DNA from: Candidatus Omnitrophota bacterium
Lineage (GTDB): Bacteria > Omnitrophota > Gorgyraeia > JABMRN01 > RBG-13-46-9
Direction of reading: 5' to 3'
DNA length: 64,000 nucleotides
Assembly: GCA_013203315.1 (NCBI GenBank)
Contig: JABMQJ010000020.1
Coordinates: 64,001 to 128,000 of the forward strand
Position 1 is the stretch's first letter. Every line of letters begins with the position of its first letter. A model generated the notes under the pieces. It was not told where the DNA came from, searched no databases, and saw nothing but the letters and a program-made list of their open reading frames with translations. Of the stretch, positions 27,868 to 38,265 are shown one piece after another. A program made the position numbers and the translations under genes.

Positions 27868-29088
27868 TTACTTCTTAAGGTTTTTTATTTCCTCTACCAT
27901 GCTAATTATTTCTCCCTTTGCGAATTTTGTTCTAATATAATCGTTCTTTTTCAAATTTTCCGCGTTTTTTATAACTTTTCCGTTTTTTTCGCTTTTCGTA
28001 ATGCTGTAACCGCGGCCCAAGATTCCAAGCGGGCTTAGGGCTTCGAGTTTTGCGGCAAACGTATTTAAAGCCTCTTCTTTAAATTTTACAAGCACTGCAC
28101 TTTTTGAAGTAAGTTCCCGGGCAAGGTCATCGATTTCCTGCTCGCGCTGGGTAACGATATTAAAAGGCTCTCTGAACACGTATCTTTTTTTAAGTGCTTC
28201 TAGGCTTTCTTTCATAAAATTTATTTTGGATAAGAGCACATTTCCCATTCTTTCCGAAAACCCGTCTAACGCGCTGATGAGATCTTCTTTTTTGGGGATA
28301 ACAAGTTCGGCTGCCGCCGAAGGTGTGGGCGCTCTAAAGTCACTTACAAAATCGCTTATGGTATAATCAACCTGGTGGCCTACGGCGCTTATGACAGGGA
28401 TTCTCGAGCGGGAAATAGCCCTTGCGACTATCTCTTCGTTAAAAGGCCATAAATCTTCCGTGCTTCCGCCGCCACGGCTGAGTATTATAAGGTCTACATT
28501 ACCTAATACATTAAATAAATCGAGGGCCCGGACAATTTCTTCCTTTGCCATTTCGCCCTGGACCCTTGTAGGATTTACAATAATTTCTATATTGGAAAAT
28601 CTTCTCTTTGCAACGTTAAGTATGTCTTTTATAGCTGCCCCTGTCGGTGATGTCACGACGCCTACGCGTTGCGGCAGTGCCGGGATAGGCTTTTTGCGGC
28701 TTTCATCGAAGAGCCCTTCTTTCCTCAGCTTTTCTTTTAGCTGTTCAAACGCGATTTGAAGGGCACCTGCCCCTCGTGGCTCGATTTTTTCTACGATAAG
28801 CTGATATTGGCCCCTCTTGTCATAAACACTAATTTTACCGAAACATAAAACATGCATGCCGTTTTCTATTTTGAATCTCAAGCCATAATTTACCCTTCTG
28901 AATAAAACCGAGGAGAGAACGCTATCTTCGTCTCTTACGCTAAAATACATATGGCCCGATTGGTGGCTGGTAAAATTAGATACCTCGCCTTCGACCCACA
29001 CGGTACCGAGGCTATCTTCGAGAATCATGCGAATATTGCGCGTAAGTTCGCTTACCGTATATATTCTTTTTTCTTCTGCGGTTTTCAT
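27868..29088 (-). CDS. xseA: Exodeoxyribonuclease VII large subunit
   Basis: YTVSEL, VEGEVSN, SGHMYF, RGGGSTEDL, APTPSAAAE; probable start 29088. Confidence 0.95.
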   Translation of the reverse strand: MKTAEEKRIYTVSELTRNIRMILEDSLGTVWVEGEVSNFTSHQSGHMYFSVRDEDSVLSSVLFRRVNYGLRFKIENGMHVLCFGKISVYDKRGQYQLIVEKIEPRGAGALQIAFEQLKEKLRKEGLFDESRKKPIPALPQRVGVVTSPTGAAIKDILNVAKRRFSNIEIIVNPTRVQGEMAKEEIVRALDLFNVLGNVDLIILSRGGGSTEDLWPFNEEIVARAISRSRIPVISAVGHQVDYTISDFVSDFRAPTPSAAAELVIPKKEDLISALDGFSERMGNVLLSKINFMKESLEALKKRYVFREPFNIVTQREQEIDDLARELTSKSAVLVKFKEEALNTFAAKLEALSPLGILGRGYSITKSEKNGKVIKNAENLKKNDYIRTKFAKGEIISMVEEIKNLKK

Positions 29089-29089
29089 T

Positions 29090-29872
29090 TTAAGAATATT
29101 TTTTTTGGATTCTTTCAATAGAATTCGCTTTTCCTTGCTTTTCGTCAAAGTCTATGATCACACCGTTTAGCCATATGTCGTCTTCCGCCATTTCGAACCT
29201 GGTAGGCCTCTGCGTAACGAATCTCGAAAGAATCTGTTCTTTTTTTCTGCCTATTACGGAATCGAAGGGGCCGGTCATGCCGGCATCTGTTATATAGGCT
29301 GTGCCTTTCGGGAGAATTTTTTCGTCAGCTGTCTGGACATGCGTATGCGTGCCCATGATACCCGTAACAAGCCCGTCCAAATACCAGCCTAATGCTATTT
29401 TTTCGCTTGTAGCTTCTGCATGTATATCAACGAAAATGTTCGGAGTGATTTTCTTTATTTTAACGACTTCTTCACGCGAAGCCCTGAAAGGGCATTCCAC
29501 TGCCTGCATAAAAACGCGTCCGAGTAGATTTATAACGCCGATTTTTACGCCTGAGGATAATTCTATGATAGTGGAGCCTGACCCCGGATTTTCTTTAGGG
29601 TAATTAAGGGGCCTTAAAACGCCTTCTCCGCCATCGAGAATCTCTATTACCTCTTTTCTCTTCCAGATGTGGTCACCGCTTGTAAGAACGTGTATTCCGC
29701 AATTTTTAAGCTCTTCTGCTATAGAAGGCGTTATGCCGCTTCCGCCGGCGGCATTTTCCGCATTTGCAATAACGCATTCTATCGTATATTTTTTGACAAG
29801 TTGCGGCACAAGCTTTTTTATAGCTTTTCTGCCGGGCTCACCTACTATATCGCCGATAAATAAAAGTTTCAT
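29090..29872 (-). CDS. ymdB: YmdB/TIGR00282-type metallophosphoesterase
   Basis: FIGDIVGEPG, NAEN, DIHAEATSEK, GTHTHVQTAD; follows rny. Confidence 0.9.
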   Translation of the reverse strand: MKLLFIGDIVGEPGRKAIKKLVPQLVKKYTIECVIANAENAAGGSGITPSIAEELKNCGIHVLTSGDHIWKRKEVIEILDGGEGVLRPLNYPKENPGSGSTIIELSSGVKIGVINLLGRVFMQAVECPFRASREEVVKIKKITPNIFVDIHAEATSEKIALGWYLDGLVTGIMGTHTHVQTADEKILPKGTAYITDAGMTGPFDSVIGRKKEQILSRFVTQRPTRFEMAEDDIWLNGVIIDFDEKQGKANSIERIQKKYS

Positions 29873-29884
29873 CTGTTATCTCGC

Positions 29885-31453
29885 TTACTTTGCATATTCG
29901 ATTGCCCGCGTTTCACGTATTACCATTACCTTAATCTGGCCGGGGTATTCTAAGCCTTCCTCGATTTTCTTTTTGATATCCCTTGCCAAAACCGAGGCGT
30001 GAGCGTCGTCAAGCATTTCAGGCTTCACCATGATGCGTATTTCTCTTCCGGCCTGAATAGCAAATGCTTTTTCAACGCCTTTGAAGGAATCCGCGATAGC
30101 TTCCAGCTTTTCCAGGCGCTTTATATATGTTTCTAGAGTTTCTCTTCTGGCGCCCGGCCTTGTGGCGCTTATCCCGTCTGCAGCCTGAACGAGCACAGCC
30201 AAAAGCGTCCTTGCTTCTATGTCCTGGTGATGAGCCTCTACAGCATGGATAACAACTTCGGGTTCGTTATATTTCCTTGTGATATCGGCGCCTATTTTGG
30301 AGTGTGCGCCTTCTACTTCGTGGCTTACGGCCTTTCCAATATCATGCAACAAACCTATGCGTTTTGCAAGGGTAAAATCGAGTTTAAGTTCGCCGGCCAT
30401 AACGCCCATGATATACGCAACTTCTTTTGAGTGCTGCAGTACATTCTGGCCGTAACTTGTTCTAAATCTTAGCCTTCCGAGAAGCTTAATAATTTCCGGG
30501 TGCAGGCCGTGAAGCCCTACGTCAAAGACTGCTTTTTCCCCTTCTTCGCGTATTGTAGCTTCCATTTCTTTTTTTACTTTTTCGACTACTTCTTCGATAC
30601 GGGCAGGATGTATTCTTCCGTCTCCTATGAGCCTCTCCAGGGAAATTCTTGCGATCTCCCTTCTTACCATATCAAACCCTGAAAGAATTACCGCTTCCGG
30701 GGTATCGTCGATAATAACATCTATTCCCGTTGCCATTTCCAGAGCACGGATATTCCTGCCTTCTCTTCCTATGATCCTGCCTTTCATGTCATCACTAGGT
30801 AGATTAACAACGCTTATTGTCGTTTCGACCGTATGATCCGTAGCGCATTTCTGGATCGCAAGGCCTATGATCTTGCGCGCTTCTTTATCGGCCTTTTCCT
30901 TGGCCTCTTCTTCCATGCGCTTAAGCATGTAGGCTGATTCCTGCTTAACATCGTTTTCAAGCCGCTTTAGTAGTATGCGCTTGGCTTCGTCAACCGTCAT
31001 GCCGGAAACCCTCTGCAACCTTTCTTTCTCTTCCTGGAGTAGCTGCGCTAATTCGTCGTTTTTCTTTTGTATGTCCTTTTCTTTGCCGTGTACTTGTTGG
31101 ATTCTCGAGCTTATTTCTCTCTCTTTTTTATCGAGAACATCTATTCTCCTGTCCAAATTTTCCTCTCTTTGAAGCAGCCTTCTCTCAAGCTGCATAAGCT
31201 CTCTTCGTCTTTCTTTTGATTCTTTCTCGAAATCGGACCTTGTTTTCAGCAAAAGGTCTTTTGCTTCAAGCTGTGCCTCTCTTTTTCTGGACTCGGCTTC
31301 TTTCTTGGATTCCTCTACGATTATTTTTGATTTTTCTTCCGCGCGTTTTATCTTTATGCGTGCGGTGTATTTTCTTACGACATACCCGATAAGAAAAAAG
31401 AAAAGGGCGCCCAAGATTCCGAACCCGATATAGATAAGCGTCATATTTCCCAT
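29885..31453 (-). CDS. rny: Ribonuclease Y
   Basis: N-terminal TM, coiled coil, KH ([11 protein letters not shown]), HD (LLHDIGK). Confidence 0.97.
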   Translation of the reverse strand: MGNMTLIYIGFGILGALFFFLIGYVVRKYTARIKIKRAEEKSKIIVEESKKEAESRKREAQLEAKDLLLKTRSDFEKESKERRRELMQLERRLLQREENLDRRIDVLDKKEREISSRIQQVHGKEKDIQKKNDELAQLLQEEKERLQRVSGMTVDEAKRILLKRLENDVKQESAYMLKRMEEEAKEKADKEARKIIGLAIQKCATDHTVETTISVVNLPSDDMKGRIIGREGRNIRALEMATGIDVIIDDTPEAVILSGFDMVRREIARISLERLIGDGRIHPARIEEVVEKVKKEMEATIREEGEKAVFDVGLHGLHPEIIKLLGRLRFRTSYGQNVLQHSKEVAYIMGVMAGELKLDFTLAKRIGLLHDIGKAVSHEVEGAHSKIGADITRKYNEPEVVIHAVEAHHQDIEARTLLAVLVQAADGISATRPGARRETLETYIKRLEKLEAIADSFKGVEKAFAIQAGREIRIMVKPEMLDDAHASVLARDIKKKIEEGLEYPGQIKVMVIRETRAIEYAK

Positions 31454-31514
31454 GTGAGTTACCTCCTCGTTATTAGAAAATCAAAGATTACGCGTACTTT
31501 TTGATGTTTTAAGA

Positions 31515-32066
31515 TTAGTTGGTGATGATTTTTGAGACGGGAATGTCGTGCGAGTTTTTCGGTAGGCTTTCTACTATCTGAAAATCAAAGGCTAAACCGA
31601 TGCTCAACCTGTCCTTGGGTAGTTTCTTCAAAAACCTGTCGTAGTAACCCTTGCCCCTGCCGAGGCGCCTATTCTTTTTATCAAACGCTACCCCCGGGAC
31701 AATGATTAAGTCTAAATTTTCCGGTTGAACATCCTTTTGGCATTTTCGCGGTTCATATATTCCGTAGGTGCCTTTCTCCAGATCAGTAAGCCTATTAGTT
31801 ATTTCTTTTGGAACGATTCTTTCCGAACTCGCCGAGAGCGGCAATGCCACTCTTTTTCCCGCCCTAAGCGCCTCATCGATCATTTCCTCGGTGTTTACTT
31901 CTTTGTCAGTGGAGGCGTAGAGCATCACAAACTTTGCTTTTTTAAACTCAAGGCAAGAAAAAAGCTTTTCTTTTATTACCCTACTCTTTCCTTCTGCTTC
32001 TTTCCTGTCCTGGTTATTTAGTTTTTCCAGTAGCTCCTTTCTGATTTGTTCCTTTGCTTCATGCAT
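31515..32066 (-). CDS. 5-formyltetrahydrofolate cyclo-ligase
   Basis: IIVPGVAFD, RLGRGKGYYDRFL. Confidence 0.95.
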   Translation of the reverse strand: MHEAKEQIRKELLEKLNNQDRKEAEGKSRVIKEKLFSCLEFKKAKFVMLYASTDKEVNTEEMIDEALRAGKRVALPLSASSERIVPKEITNRLTDLEKGTYGIYEPRKCQKDVQPENLDLIIVPGVAFDKKNRRLGRGKGYYDRFLKKLPKDRLSIGLAFDFQIVESLPKNSHDIPVSKIITN

Positions 32067-32127
32067 TCTAAATTATACACCAAATTGCGTTGTTTTTCCA
32101 GCATTTTTTAACCGGTTTTTGCGCCGT

Positions 32128-32622
32128 TTATTCCAGGGCTTCGATATCGCTTACGAATACCTCTTTTGGCCTCATGCCGATGTATTTTTGGGCTATATTA
32201 AACTCTTTATCTATGATAATCGTAACGGGGATCGCGTTTATCGGGCCGTACAAACCGGCTATTTCGCTGCCATCGGCAATTATGCTGAAGGTCAGGTTAT
32301 TGCGTTCGGCGAAACTCTTCACCTTTGGCAGGCCTTCCCTCCCGACGTTTACGCCGATTATCTCTACCTTTTGCTTGTATTCTCTCGCTATTTCGTTAAA
32401 ATCAGGCATCTCTTTGCGGCACGGAGGGCACCATGTAGCGAAGAAATTCAGTAATATTACTTTGCCTGCATGGTCCGACAGTCTTACGGTGTTTCCGTTT
32501 ATATCTTGCGCTTCGAAGTCCATTGCCTTGCCGTATTCGCCTCTTTCTGCGCGGGTATTTCCGCAGCCAATTACGAATACTATGAAAAATAACGATAATA
32601 GAAAAATTATTCTTTTTTTCAC
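32128..32622 (-). CDS. TlpA/ResA-like thiol-disulfide oxidoreductase lipoprotein
   Basis: Lipobox VIGC; NFFATWCPPCRKEMP. Confidence 0.9.
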   Translation of the reverse strand: MKKRIIFLLSLFFIVFVIGCGNTRAERGEYGKAMDFEAQDINGNTVRLSDHAGKVILLNFFATWCPPCRKEMPDFNEIAREYKQKVEIIGVNVGREGLPKVKSFAERNNLTFSIIADGSEIAGLYGPINAIPVTIIIDKEFNIAQKYIGMRPKEVFVSDIEALE

Positions 32623-32640
32623 ACCTTGTGCCTCCTTAGC

Positions 32641-33330
32641 CTATAATCGAATTCCTGTTAATAGAAGAATGCCGAAAATTATAAAAACAGTGCCGGCTGT
32701 AATTGTAACCCAGCGTATGTATTTTCCGAATTTTTTGAAGTAAATTAAAAATGAATTTACCGCAAGGCCTGAGATAAAAAAGGGAAGTCCCAGCCCCAGC
32801 GAAAAGGCTATAAGCAGCTTAATGCCCATTTTTATGCTTGCCGTGCTTGATGCGTAGACGAGGATTGACCCTAAAATGGGGCCCACGCACGGCGTCCACG
32901 CTACCGCAAAGGTCGCACCTACTAATATTGAACCCAAAATAGAAACCCCGTCTTTTTTATAGGAAAGTTTTTTTTGTTTTTGCAGAAAAGGTATTTTTAT
33001 AACTCCTATAATAATTAGTCCAAAAAAGATTATAAATATTCCGCCTATTCTTTTTAGTATCGGCTGATACTCCAAAAGTAGCTTCCCAAGAAAAGTAACA
33101 CTTACGCCTAAAAGAACAAAAACAATGGTAAAACCTAATATAAAGCTTAAGGCGTGGAGGGCTGTTGACAGCCTTATTTGATTTTTTCTTTCTTTAGTGG
33201 GTTCTTTGGTGTCCTGGAAGGATACGCCTGTGAGATATGATATATACGCAGGAATCAGGGGCAATACGCACGGTGACAAAAAACTAAAAACCCCTGCCGT
33301 AAACGCCATTATAAAAGAGACATTTTCCAT
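32641..33330 (-). CDS. ccdA: CcdA/DsbD-like transmembrane electron transporter
   Basis: SFLSPCVLP, WTPCVGPIL. Confidence 0.9.
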   Translation of the reverse strand: MENVSFIMAFTAGVFSFLSPCVLPLIPAYISYLTGVSFQDTKEPTKERKNQIRLSTALHALSFILGFTIVFVLLGVSVTFLGKLLLEYQPILKRIGGIFIIFFGLIIIGVIKIPFLQKQKKLSYKKDGVSILGSILVGATFAVAWTPCVGPILGSILVYASSTASIKMGIKLLIAFSLGLGLPFFISGLAVNSFLIYFKKFGKYIRWVTITAGTVFIIFGILLLTGIRL

Positions 33331-33374
33331 GGCCTGGACCTTTTTAAGCGCTTTCAAGACGCGCTTATGGTTTA

Positions 33375-34586
33375 CTACTCTTTTACGGGGCGTTCTTTTA
33401 GGGGTTTAAAAGTTATTCCCGATTCTACCGAAGGCAATAGGGCTACCGGTTCAGTCAGTAAGAATTTCCCTTCTTTTATCCAATTTTTCAGTTCTTCGGA
33501 TATTTCCCTTGCCTTGGCATAACTGGAAAGCGAGGCAGTGGGCACATCTTTGCCTCGCACTTTAATAGAGCCTGAACGTAACTCTTTATAATTTACTTCC
33601 CCTAAAGAACGGGAGACCCCGTTCGGGTAGTCGTGAGAATAATCTACTATCTGAGCGAAAATTTCTTCGTCTTTTACCGTCGTGTATTTCAATATCTCTT
33701 CGTTAAGTATAGGTATTGGTATGCCGAGCCCGACTGTTAGCGTTACGCCGTATCCTTCGAAAGAGGTTCCGCGTAGCCATTTTGCCTTCATGCCCTTAAG
33801 GTCGCCTGTAACTGCGATTGTACCTGCCGGCGCCTGCGGGACACCGTTTGCTTTACGCTTGACCCCGGGATTGTGTTGCGTTCCCTGCCAGGTAATGTAG
33901 CCTGTTCCTCCGCCTAAAAATATCTTCGTTCCGATACCGATGGTCCTGTAAAAAGGATCATTCAAAAGCGGTGAAAGCTGCCCGGCAGAACAATAATTGG
34001 CGTTAGCCAATTCTGGTTTTAAAATCCCCATGTAGGTATATATGGTCTTTTCTTTGTTCAGATTTACCGCGACATTATAATTTTGGTAGCAGTTTCTCGG
34101 ATTAAATAAAACCGCTTCATTTAAGTCTTTGATATTAATAAGTGTCGCTAATTTTTTTCTGGGGTAGCAGTCGGTTCCATACACATTGCCGACTAGCCTT
34201 ACATCTTTACCGGCTACTAAATCCTCTATTACATGCGCCCCGCCATATTCAAATTTGCCCGGGAAAACCTTGTTGCGCGGATCATCTTCAGCCATCGCCG
34301 TGGCGCCGATATAAATATCTACGGCTGCGAATCCGGCATACGCAATAACGTCATTCAGCGTTACCTTGCTTCCGCCCAATTTTATCTTGGGTTTCGTATG
34401 GCCGGTATTAAAATATGCGCCGCTTGAGCACATAGGCCCAAAGGTGCCCGTTGTAACCACGTCGACTTTGCGAGCCGCATTTTGTGGGCCATCTTTCCGG
34501 ACGATGTCAATAATTTCTTCGGCCGTAACTATTACGGCGGTACCGCTTTTTATCTTTTCGTTTATTTCTTTTATTGTTTTGGCCAT
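33375..34586 (-). CDS. DUF39 homocysteine biosynthesis enzyme (aspartate-semialdehyde sulfurtransferase-like)
   Basis: KTIKEINEKI, VDVVTTGTFGPMCSSG, RNCYQNY, GQLSPLLNDP. Confidence 0.85.
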   Translation of the reverse strand: MAKTIKEINEKIKSGTAVIVTAEEIIDIVRKDGPQNAARKVDVVTTGTFGPMCSSGAYFNTGHTKPKIKLGGSKVTLNDVIAYAGFAAVDIYIGATAMAEDDPRNKVFPGKFEYGGAHVIEDLVAGKDVRLVGNVYGTDCYPRKKLATLINIKDLNEAVLFNPRNCYQNYNVAVNLNKEKTIYTYMGILKPELANANYCSAGQLSPLLNDPFYRTIGIGTKIFLGGGTGYITWQGTQHNPGVKRKANGVPQAPAGTIAVTGDLKGMKAKWLRGTSFEGYGVTLTVGLGIPIPILNEEILKYTTVKDEEIFAQIVDYSHDYPNGVSRSLGEVNYKELRSGSIKVRGKDVPTASLSSYAKAREISEELKNWIKEGKFLLTEPVALLPSVESGITFKPLKERPVKE

Positions 34587-34629
34587 TTTCTCTCCTAAAA
34601 TGCTTATTTAACGCTGGGGTCGAATAGGT

Positions 34630-34659
34630 ATTATATTACTTATTTGCCTATGTTGTCAA
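34630..34659 (-). promoter_or_regulatory. Sigma70 promoter for DUF39-ccdA-tlpA
   Basis: TTGACA-18 bp-TATAAT. Confidence 0.6.
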
Positions 34660-35959
34660 GCTGTTCGAGCCAGGATTTTATCTTCTTTTCATATCCGATC
34701 GGTTGAGGCACATAGTACTTCTTTTTGTCGTATACGTAATCCTGTTTAACATAATGGCCTTCAAAATTGTGGGCGTACTTGTATCCTACGCCATGCCCCA
34801 ATTTTTTAGCACTGCGGTAAGAAGAGTCTTTCAGGTGATCCGGAACTTCCTTGGTTCTCTCATTCTCCGCATCTTCCATCGCGCTTGTAATGCCCATGTA
34901 AGCGGCATTTGATTTAGGGGCACATGCTATGTAAACGGTTGCCTGCGCAAGCGGAATGCGCGCCTCCGGGAGCCCTACGAACTCTGATATCTGTAACGCA
35001 GCATTAGCGAGAACGATCGCCTGGGGATCGGCATTGCCGACATCTTCTGCTGCGCAAATTACGATTCTTCGCGCAATAAAACGCGGGTCCTCGCCGGCCA
35101 CAAGCATCTTCGCAAGCCAGTAAAGCGCCGCGTCAGGATCCGAACCGCGCATGCTTTTTATAAAGGCGCTCGCGGTATCGTAATGCGCGTCCTCATCTTT
35201 GTCATAAATAATGGCCTTGCGCTGAATGGATTCTCTTGCTACTTCCATTGTAAAATCAATAACCTTATCTTTCGCCGGTTTTGTCGTTAAGGCGCCCACC
35301 TCCAGCGCGTTAAGGGCCCTCCTTGCGTCACCGTCGGATGCTTTAGCTAAAAACGTAAGCGCTTTTTTATCCATATTGATTTTCATATTGCCCAGCCCCC
35401 GCTCTTTATCATTAATGGCTTTTTCCAGGATTGCGACAATTTCTTCGGTTTTGTGCGGCTTAAATTGAAAAACCTGTGAGCGCGAAAGAAGCGCGGAATT
35501 TATGGCGAAAAACGGATTATGCGTAGTTGTCCCTATCAATACGGGGTTGCCCTTTTCGACATCGGGCATGAGAACGTCTTGTTGGGCCTTATTAAATCTG
35601 TGAATTTCATCTATAAAAAGTATTGTCTTTTTTCCTTGAAGTTCCATCCTTTTTTTTGCGCGGGTGATAACGTCGCGCACTTCGCTTACATTGCTTGAGG
35701 TAGCATTTATGTTTTCAAAAGAAGATGCGGTCGCCACTGATATGACGTAGCCAAGCGCGGTTTTGCCGCAACCGGGCGGGCCGTAAAAAATAAGGGACGT
35801 AATCCTGTCGGCCTCTATGGCGCGCTTCAGGAGTTTTCCTTCGCCCAGAATGTGTTCTTGGCCGACGAATTCATTTAAATTGCGCGGCCGCATTTTTACG
35901 GACAGCGGTTCGATTTTCTTTGTAGCTATGGATTTTTTCTCGAAAAGGTCTTTTGGCAT
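34640..35959 (-). CDS. rarA: Replication-associated recombination protein A (MgsA/RarA)
   Basis: [42 protein letters not shown]. Confidence 0.96.
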   Translation of the reverse strand: MPKDLFEKKSIATKKIEPLSVKMRPRNLNEFVGQEHILGEGKLLKRAIEADRITSLIFYGPPGCGKTALGYVISVATASSFENINATSSNVSEVRDVITRAKKRMELQGKKTILFIDEIHRFNKAQQDVLMPDVEKGNPVLIGTTTHNPFFAINSALLSRSQVFQFKPHKTEEIVAILEKAINDKERGLGNMKINMDKKALTFLAKASDGDARRALNALEVGALTTKPAKDKVIDFTMEVARESIQRKAIIYDKDEDAHYDTASAFIKSMRGSDPDAALYWLAKMLVAGEDPRFIARRIVICAAEDVGNADPQAIVLANAALQISEFVGLPEARIPLAQATVYIACAPKSNAAYMGITSAMEDAENERTKEVPDHLKDSSYRSAKKLGHGVGYKYAHNFEGHYVKQDYVYDKKKYYVPQPIGYEKKIKSWLEQLDNIGK

Positions 35960-35975
35960 GATTTTATTGAAAATT

Positions 35976-36131
35976 AACCCTGCATGCGCCGTTTCAAAAT
36001 GAAAAACTTTGGTCCGTCTTTTGTATAAGTGGGTGCCCTCCTCTTATATCCAAGGACATAAGAGAGTTAGGCTCCCGAGACCATTTTGTTGGATCAAGTT
36101 TTATCATCCCAATCACGAGCGCCGCAGGGTT
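35976..36131 (-). ncRNA. ssrS: 6S RNA
   Basis: Terminal stem AACCCTGC..GCAGGGTT, internal GGGAGCC..GGCACCCAC conserved blocks, central bubble; downstream of pheT; promoter TTGCTT-16-TATAAT at 36151-36178; ends approximate. Confidence 0.85.
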
Positions 36132-36198
36132 GTAGTTTTTACCTATAAGTATTATACTACCGGGTAAAATTAAAGCAACAAAATAAAATAAGCCGGAA

Positions 36199-38247
36199 TT
36201 AGCGGAAAGAAATATGGAGTTTTTCGGAAAGGGTAGTTTTTATATCGGAGTGCAGACGATCGACCTCGGAGTCTTCCAGGGTCTTCTCGTCGCTTCTGTA
36301 TTCAATCCTGTAAAGAAGCGCTCTTTTATTCTCCGGTATCTGTTTTCCTTTATAGCAATCCGCAAGGGAAATATCTTTTACGAGGTCTTTGCCTATTTCC
36401 TTTATAATGTTCTCCAGTTCCTGCGAGGTAACGCTTTTGTCCATTACCATGGATACGTCTCTCACGATCGAGGGATATCTGCCGAAAGACGCGTATTTTT
36501 TGCTAAGACTTATTTTTTTGAATAGTTTTGTTATGTAAATTTCAGCATAAAATACATCTTTTTCTATATCAAATTTCCCGCACTCGGCTTTGCTAACCTC
36601 TCCCAGATGCCCTACGATATCTCCGTTTTGCTCCACGATAGAGGTAATGTTTTTATTAAATCCGGGGATACTGCCTTTTTTGAATACAACCCCTTTGAGC
36701 CCTGATTCATCTAATAGCTTTTCAAGTACTCCTTTTATGTCGAAAAAATCATACCCTTGCTTGTGGCTCCGCCAGTTGTCGCGTTTTATTCCTGCAAGGC
36801 CAATCGATAAAACAGGTTCTTCGACATAAGAGTTCCCTTTTTCTTTATAGGTCTTTCCGATCTCAAAAAGAGAAAGCTGCTTGGCTCTTCTATTAAAGTT
36901 ATAGGAGATAGTCTCAAGCATGCCCGGTAAAAGTGTCGGCCGCATGATTTCCTGGTCTATACTTAATGGATTTTTGATTGCCACGATCTGGTCCGGAGGC
37001 ACGTCAAGGCCTTTTATTTTATTACGGTTAATCAGGGCATAGGTTATTATTTCATTTAAGCCTAAACGGATTAGGGCATGACTTAGTTTTTCCTGAAAAA
37101 GGCTTATGGGTTCTTTTATCGTTGTATTACCCACGATCCGCGGGATGGTAACGGGTATTCTTTCATACCCGTATATACGCGCTATTTCTTCAATAACGTT
37201 AATATCGTTTTTAACGTCTTCGCGGAAACCGGGAACTGCGATTTTTAGGAAATTATTTTTCCCGCTTACGGAAAACCCCAGGGCCTTTAGAATCTTTATT
37301 GCCTCGTTCTTCTTTATGGTTACGCCAAGAAGTGAATTTGTTTTTTTTATGGAAAGATTTATGTTTTTCGAATAAGATGTTTTTTTTCCGACGTCGAAAA
37401 ATTCCCCCTTTTCGCCCTTAGCGATCTCTGTTATGAGCTCACAGGCTCTCTCGGAGGCTTTTACAACCATGCCATTGTTAATTTTTCTTTCGAACCTATA
37501 GCTGGATTCCGAAGCAATGCCCAGGGCGCGCGATGTGCGCCTTACCGAGATAGGATCGAAAAACGCGCTCTCAAGAAGAATATTTTTAGTCATGTTGCTA
37601 ACTTCTGTCTTTAATCCGCCCATGACACCTGCTATTGCAATTGGTTCCGATCCGTCAGCTATAACAAGCGTGTCATTTGTCATCGTTCTTGGAATATTAT
37701 CGATAGTTATGATTTTTTCGTCACTGGCCGCGCGCCTTATAATTATACCTTCTTTTATTCTATCCAGGTCGAAAGCATGCAGCGGCTGGCCTGTTTCGAA
37801 AAGAACGAAATTAGTTATGTCGACAATGTTGTTAACGGGTCTGAGCCCCACGGATATAATTCTATTCTTTAACCAATCCGGAGAGGGCCCTACCTCGACA
37901 TCTTTTATAATCCTCGCGGTATAACGGAAACAAAGCTCCGGATTATTCAGTGTAATATTAAAAGAGGGTTTTTGTTTTTTGCTTTGCGCTTTTTGTTTTT
38001 TTCCGTCTCTAAGGTCTTTCGGCACCTTAAGGCTTTTCCCTAAAAGTGCGGCAAGTTCCCTGGCTACGCCCAAAACGCTTAGGCAGTCGGGGCGGTTGGC
38101 AGTTATTTCGAGCTCAAAAATATAGTCACCGCCCACGTTCTCGCAGGAGGCGACGTTAACGCCTGCCATCGTAAGAAGATGAGCGATTTTCTTCGGATCT
38201 ATTTTCGTGTCTACGTAATCTTTTAACCAGCTGTAACTAACTTTCAT
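36199..38247 (-). CDS. pheT: Phenylalanine--tRNA ligase beta subunit (short form)
   Basis: MKVSYSWL, ITANRPDCLS, NNIVDITN, C-terminal FDX-ACB; 682 aa. Confidence 0.96.
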   Translation of the reverse strand: MKVSYSWLKDYVDTKIDPKKIAHLLTMAGVNVASCENVGGDYIFELEITANRPDCLSVLGVARELAALLGKSLKVPKDLRDGKKQKAQSKKQKPSFNITLNNPELCFRYTARIIKDVEVGPSPDWLKNRIISVGLRPVNNIVDITNFVLFETGQPLHAFDLDRIKEGIIIRRAASDEKIITIDNIPRTMTNDTLVIADGSEPIAIAGVMGGLKTEVSNMTKNILLESAFFDPISVRRTSRALGIASESSYRFERKINNGMVVKASERACELITEIAKGEKGEFFDVGKKTSYSKNINLSIKKTNSLLGVTIKKNEAIKILKALGFSVSGKNNFLKIAVPGFREDVKNDINVIEEIARIYGYERIPVTIPRIVGNTTIKEPISLFQEKLSHALIRLGLNEIITYALINRNKIKGLDVPPDQIVAIKNPLSIDQEIMRPTLLPGMLETISYNFNRRAKQLSLFEIGKTYKEKGNSYVEEPVLSIGLAGIKRDNWRSHKQGYDFFDIKGVLEKLLDESGLKGVVFKKGSIPGFNKNITSIVEQNGDIVGHLGEVSKAECGKFDIEKDVFYAEIYITKLFKKISLSKKYASFGRYPSIVRDVSMVMDKSVTSQELENIIKEIGKDLVKDISLADCYKGKQIPENKRALLYRIEYRSDEKTLEDSEVDRLHSDIKTTLSEKLHISFR

Positions 38248-38265
38248 TTCCTACCCCTAGACCGT

